Origin: an uncultured Flammeovirgaceae bacterium
GTDB taxonomy: Bacteria; Bacteroidota; Bacteroidia; Cytophagales; Cyclobacteriaceae
DNA length: 40,000 nt
Direction of reading: 5' to 3'
Assembly (NCBI GenBank): GCA_913050055.1
Contig: CAJXAT010000002.1
Coordinates: 23,633 to 63,632, forward strand
The notes under the pieces are model-generated. The model did not search any database, had not been told where the DNA came from, and was given only the letters and a program-made list of their open reading frames with translations. The number at the start of each line of letters is the position of its first letter. Position 1 is the first letter of the stretch. Positions 36,361-40,000 of the stretch are shown here, piece after piece. The position numbers and the translations under genes were made by a program.

Positions 36361-36807
36361 ATGCGATTTTGGTTATTCTTTTTAAGTTTTGGTTTTTGCC
36401 TGTTCGAGTCCTGTAATGAGGTTGAGGATTGTACATTGGATCCTTATGGAAATTATGCGGTGGCCACATTTAATCTGTTAAGTGGTGAAAGTAAAATCAT
36501 TGCGTTTGATTCGATCATTTTGGAAGGTTTTGGTCGATTGCCAGGAGATCGAGACACACTCATAGGTATGCTACTCCCATTACCTGTTGAAAACACTGAA
36601 GTGGCCTTTCATTATTATACAGACAGTAGCCTTTATTCATTAGCCATTAGTTATAAAAGTCAACCCCTCATTTATGACCTTTCTTGCGAGGCTACCATTA
36701 GGTTTTATGACTTAGATACAAGCTATCAATCTTTTGACTCACTGGTCATCGTTGGATCAGAAGTTCATCTCGATTATGTTCCTATCAATTTTGAAATCTA
36801 TCTATAA
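36361..36807 (+). CDS. hypothetical lipoprotein
   Basis: 148 aa with a lipoprotein signal (FGFCLFESC). No family confidently recognised. Confidence 0.5.
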   Translation: MRFWLFFLSFGFCLFESCNEVEDCTLDPYGNYAVATFNLLSGESKIIAFDSIILEGFGRLPGDRDTLIGMLLPLPVENTEVAFHYYTDSSLYSLAISYKSQPLIYDLSCEATIRFYDLDTSYQSFDSLVIVGSEVHLDYVPINFEIYL

Positions 36808-37492
36808 CATTTTAATCCTTACATTTCTCCCTATTATTGGGATGAGTCAAACAGCAGATACTGTGCGAATTAAACCAGATTGGAATCCCTCGAGGTTGCA
36901 TGTTGGTATAGATGTCTCTAGATTAATGGGGACGGCTATAAAGCCCCATAAAAGTTCTTTGGGTGGAATGATCGATATCGATTTTCACCGATTCCTCCTT
37001 GCCTTTGAGGGTGGCGTAGAAGAAATAAACCGAATAAAAACTTACGAATATACCAACAAAGGAGCTTTTTTAAAGTGGGGCATCGATTATAATCTCATCC
37101 CTTCTAACAAATATAGAAATATGATTTCGTTAGGTCTAAGATATGCACAAAGCAGGTTTTCTGACCAATTGAATTTTACAGAGGAAAATCCTTGGTTTGG
37201 TAACCAAACCTTACAATTCTCAAATCAAAATATTTCAGCCCATTGGACAGAAATACTATTAAGACTCAATGTCCAGATTTGGAAAAATGTTTTTTTGGGC
37301 TCCGTCCTGCGCATAGAAATTATGAAAAATATTTCTGCTCCAGATCAATTCATCCCTTTTGATATCCCCGGCTGGGGTAGAAATTGGAAAAGTGGTACCG
37401 ATGAAAAACCAGCCAACATGGGATTCAGTTATTATCTGATCTATCATTTTCCCTTCCGAGAAAAAGAAATCCCTCTAAAAAAAATAAAATAA
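36776..37492 (+). CDS. hypothetical exported protein, outer-membrane beta-barrel-like
   Basis: Long ORF in a different frame from the previous gene, overlapping it. The start is uncertain: Met 36776 gives the signal-like MFLSILKSIYNILILTFLPIIGMSQ, while the track start is 36734. Composition alternates between aromatic and polar residues. Confidence 0.45.
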   Translation: MFLSILKSIYNILILTFLPIIGMSQTADTVRIKPDWNPSRLHVGIDVSRLMGTAIKPHKSSLGGMIDIDFHRFLLAFEGGVEEINRIKTYEYTNKGAFLKWGIDYNLIPSNKYRNMISLGLRYAQSRFSDQLNFTEENPWFGNQTLQFSNQNISAHWTEILLRLNVQIWKNVFLGSVLRIEIMKNISAPDQFIPFDIPGWGRNWKSGTDEKPANMGFSYYLIYHFPFREKEIPLKKIK

Positions 37493-37499
37493 CAGCGCA

Positions 37500-37790
37500 C
37501 TAAAGGAATTTAACATCATCAATGATATCTATACCCACCTTTTTATGAATTAATTTTAAAACCTTAGCCTTTGACATGTTGAGCTCTTGTTTTAGTGGCG
37601 CTGAATTCATGTTAACATAGAGTGTCTTTTTTTTGATAAACATTCGAGCCGTACGACTCGCAATAGTAGGCCCCATGAGTTCCTGCCACATACCAATAAG
37701 TTTATGCTCATTGAGCTTCCCCTCGAGCTTTTCTTCTTTTAAATATTTACCAATAGCCTCTCGTAAGCTTTGGGTACGTTCATGTTTCAT
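37500..37790 (-). CDS. DUF721 (DciA-like) domain protein downstream of recF
   Basis: 96 aa overlapping the recF end by 11 nt. The motif W.E..G..IA..T....I....L.V...S......EL and the conserved position after recF are typical of DUF721. Confidence 0.7.
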   Translation of the reverse strand: MKHERTQSLREAIGKYLKEEKLEGKLNEHKLIGMWQELMGPTIASRTARMFIKKKTLYVNMNSAPLKQELNMSKAKVLKLIHKKVGIDIIDDVKFL

Positions 37791-38892
37791 AACTGTTTAC
37801 CTTCCCATTTTCTATTTCAAATATTTTAGCATTATAATTGTCCTTCAAAAGCAAAGATGTCCTTTCTTTTCGAGCATCTGTGATAAATACTTGACCAAAT
37901 CTTACCGAATCGCTTAATAAATCTGTGAGCCTCTCAATACGCTCATCATCTAGTTTATCAAAAACATCATCCAAAAGTAACATCGGCTTTGTCTTCGTCG
38001 CTTTAGCCAAATAATCATATTGCGAAAGTCTTAAGGCAATTAGAAAACTTTTTTGTTGACCTTGAGATCCAAACTTTTTTAAAGGCTGCCCATCCATCAA
38101 AAAGGAATAATCATCCTTGTGTGAACCTACATTTGTACGTTGGCTTACAAGATCTTTCTTTCGACTTTCTAAAAAAGTACGCTCAAAATCCATTGCCAAT
38201 ACTTGAGATTGGTAAGTCATTGAACAGGTTTCGCGTTCAAAAACAATCAGCCCTTCATTGGCGCTCAAAAATGGAATGAACTTATTAACAAAATCTGAAC
38301 GTACCTGGCTCAAGCTTTTGGACAACGTAATTAATTGGGTATCATAAGTGTCCAAAAGAGAACTATTGGAGCCATTTAAATGACCCTCCATGCTCCTCAG
38401 CAATGTGTTTCTTTGACTCAAAATCCTATTATATACCATTAAATCAGCTAAATATTCTTGATTGTATTGGGCAATACAACCATCTATCCACTTTCTGCGA
38501 ACCTCGCTGGTTTCCCGTATCAAATCGCTATCATAGGGGGTGCTCAGTACTAAAGGTAATTTGCCAATGTGTTCAATGATCCTCTTGTAGGAAGACCCAT
38601 TGAGTTTGATTACCTTTTTTTTCCTCAAATCATGGTAACAAATCACTTCATGGTATTTTCCGTCATTTTCAAAATTCCCTTTTACAAGAAAATACAAGGC
38701 TCCTTTTCTAATATTCTGATTGTCTGTATTTACAAAAGCGGTCTTCGTGAAGGTCAAATAATGTAAGGCATCTAATAAATTCGTTTTCCCCATACCATTC
38801 TGACCGAGGAATAACTGAATCCCCTCAGAAAATTCCAAGGCCAAATTTTCGTAATTCTTAAAATTTTGAAGTGCAAGTGCTTTGATTTTCAT
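37780..38892 (-). CDS. recF: DNA replication/repair protein RecF
   Basis: 370 aa with N-terminal L.L.NFKNY, Walker A GQNGMGKTNLLDA, the signature region FGSQGQQKS and Walker B LLLDDVFDKLD. Confidence 0.9.
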   Translation of the reverse strand: MKIKALALQNFKNYENLALEFSEGIQLFLGQNGMGKTNLLDALHYLTFTKTAFVNTDNQNIRKGALYFLVKGNFENDGKYHEVICYHDLRKKKVIKLNGSSYKRIIEHIGKLPLVLSTPYDSDLIRETSEVRRKWIDGCIAQYNQEYLADLMVYNRILSQRNTLLRSMEGHLNGSNSSLLDTYDTQLITLSKSLSQVRSDFVNKFIPFLSANEGLIVFERETCSMTYQSQVLAMDFERTFLESRKKDLVSQRTNVGSHKDDYSFLMDGQPLKKFGSQGQQKSFLIALRLSQYDYLAKATKTKPMLLLDDVFDKLDDERIERLTDLLSDSVRFGQVFITDARKERTSLLLKDNYNAKIFEIENGKVNSYET

Positions 38893-38900
38893 TAAATTTG
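38893..38900 (+). promoter_or_regulatory. candidate -7 box (TAAATTTG) for pdhA
   Basis: Exact TAnnTTTG match about 84 nt upstream of the pdhA ATG. It abuts the divergent recF start codon. Confidence 0.3.
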
Positions 38901-38983
38901 AGGAACAGTATATTTTAATTATTTTTGCCCTCCTTAAATTGTTTAGGGCAAATTAAAGAATTTTACATAAGAGCGCAGGAGGT

Positions 38984-40000
38984 ATGGCAGCGAAAACAAA
39001 AAAAAATAAAAAAGTAGGCTTTTCTAAAGAAACTTACTTGAGTTGGTATGAACAAATGTTATTCATGCGAAGATTTGAAGAAAAGGCGGGACAATTGTAC
39101 GGCCAACAAAAAATAAGAGGATTTTGCCACCTGTACATTGGCCAGGAGGCCTGTGCAGCAGGTTCAGTTTCTGCGCTTATCAAAGGGGATAAATACATTA
39201 CTTCTTACCGAGATCATGCTCACCCTATAGCCTTGGGGACGGATCCAAAATACATCATGGCAGAATTATTCGGTAAGTCAACTGGTGTCTCAAAGGGAAA
39301 AGGTGGATCGATGCACATGTTTGACAAGGAAGTCGGTTTTGTAGGCGGGCACGGAATTGTAGGAGGTCAAATTCCCTTGGGCGCAGGCCTTGGTTTCGCA
39401 GAAAAATATAAGGGTACGGGTAATTTGTGCATCTGCTATATGGGAGATGGAGCCGTAAGACAGGGGGCTTTTCACGAAGCATTAAATCTTGCCATGACAC
39501 AAAAAACTCCTGTTATTTTCGTTATCGAAAATAATGGATATGCGATGGGAACTTCTGTGGAAAGAACCTCCAATGTCACCGAACTTCATCAGTTGGGGGA
39601 AGCTTATGAAATCCCTTCTGCCGCAGTCGATGCCATGAGTGTTGAGGCGGTACACAATGCAGTTACAGAAGCGGCTTCACGCGCGCGTCGAGGTGATGGG
39701 CCCACCTTACTTGAATTCAGAACCTACAGATACAAAGGTCATTCTATGTCAGATCCAGCCAAGTATAGAACCAAAGAAGAAGTAGCTACTTACAAAGACC
39801 GTGACCCTATCGAACAAATAAAAAATGTGATATTAAATAAAAAATATGCGACTGAGAAAGTTCTCAAAGAAATGGACGTAAAACTAAAGGCGCGTGTGGC
39901 AGAAGCCGTTATTTTTGCCGAAGAATCTCCCTACCCTGATCCTTCAGATGCCTATCAAGACGTTTATGCAGAAAAGGATTATCCTTTTGTATTGGAGTAA
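38984..40000 (+). CDS. pdhA: pyruvate dehydrogenase (acetyl-transferring) E1 component subunit alpha
   Basis: 338 aa with the TPP motif GDGAVRQGAFHEALNLAMTQKTPVIFVIENNGYAMGT and YRYKGHSMSDP. The stop TAA lies at 39998-40000. Confidence 0.9.
   Translation: MAAKTKKNKKVGFSKETYLSWYEQMLFMRRFEEKAGQLYGQQKIRGFCHLYIGQEACAAGSVSALIKGDKYITSYRDHAHPIALGTDPKYIMAELFGKSTGVSKGKGGSMHMFDKEVGFVGGHGIVGGQIPLGAGLGFAEKYKGTGNLCICYMGDGAVRQGAFHEALNLAMTQKTPVIFVIENNGYAMGTSVERTSNVTELHQLGEAYEIPSAAVDAMSVEAVHNAVTEAASRARRGDGPTLLEFRTYRYKGHSMSDPAKYRTKEEVATYKDRDPIEQIKNVILNKKYATEKVLKEMDVKLKARVAEAVIFAEESPYPDPSDAYQDVYAEKDYPFVLE

Noticed and set aside
36402-36410. tRNA T-loop-like GTTCGAGTC
   Set aside because: The flanks cannot form a T-stem or an acceptor stem. 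The sequence lies inside the lipoprotein signal-peptide coding region (LFESC). I found no tRNA-like cloverleaf anywhere in the window by eye.
38977-38982. AGGAGG Shine-Dalgarno-like hexamer before pdhA
   Set aside because: Only 1 nt separates it from the ATG, which is too close for canonical SD function, and Bacteroidota generally make little use of SD pairing. It is probably coincidental.
1-40000. Search for CRISPR arrays, IS/transposase or integrase genes, phage genes, toxin-antitoxin pairs and known defence-system signatures
   Set aside because: I saw no regularly spaced direct repeats. No ORF carried transposase, recombinase, nuclease-NTPase defence or phage structural motifs. The window reads as conserved core genome.

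Overview
AT-rich chromosomal core segment that looks like Bacteroidota. The evidence is the bacillithiol genes bshC/ypdA/ytxJ, a CarboxypepD_reg-type TonB-dependent receptor paired with a DUF4249-like lipoprotein, a fused E1 alpha/beta dehydrogenase, and TAnnTTTG -7 boxes upstream of several operons. I support 39 protein-coding genes (one truncated by the window edge) and one pseudogene. I found no rRNA, tRNA, CRISPR array, transposase, integrase or recognisable defence/toxin cassette. Genes are tightly packed, with many 1-13 nt overlaps. Inferred operons are rpmE|glmU-like-holB-hemC-PPIase-SDR, rimO-bshC-5FCL-ypdA, E1-hypothetical-ytxJ, and ceramidase-like/PLP enzyme/GH3. All functional calls come from motifs and family resemblance read by eye; no database search was possible. 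I do not see a convincing novel multi-gene system. The features most worth a second look are: (1) a comM/yifB-type AAA+ competence helicase gene that is full-length apart from a perfect 7-bp tandem duplication (frameshift), a TAG at the Walker-B glutamate codon, and ATA where the start Met is expected; (2) a ~920-bp ORF-free gap between the TonB-dependent receptor and ypdA, holding two related ~55-nt motifs, a polypurine leader and a 36-codon hydrophobic sORF; (3) a GATC-dense, inverted-repeat-bounded ~145-bp segment in the 350-bp gap upstream of comM; (4) a strong intrinsic terminator ending 5 nt before the next gene's start codon; and (5) several uncharacterised exported proteins coupled to redox genes.
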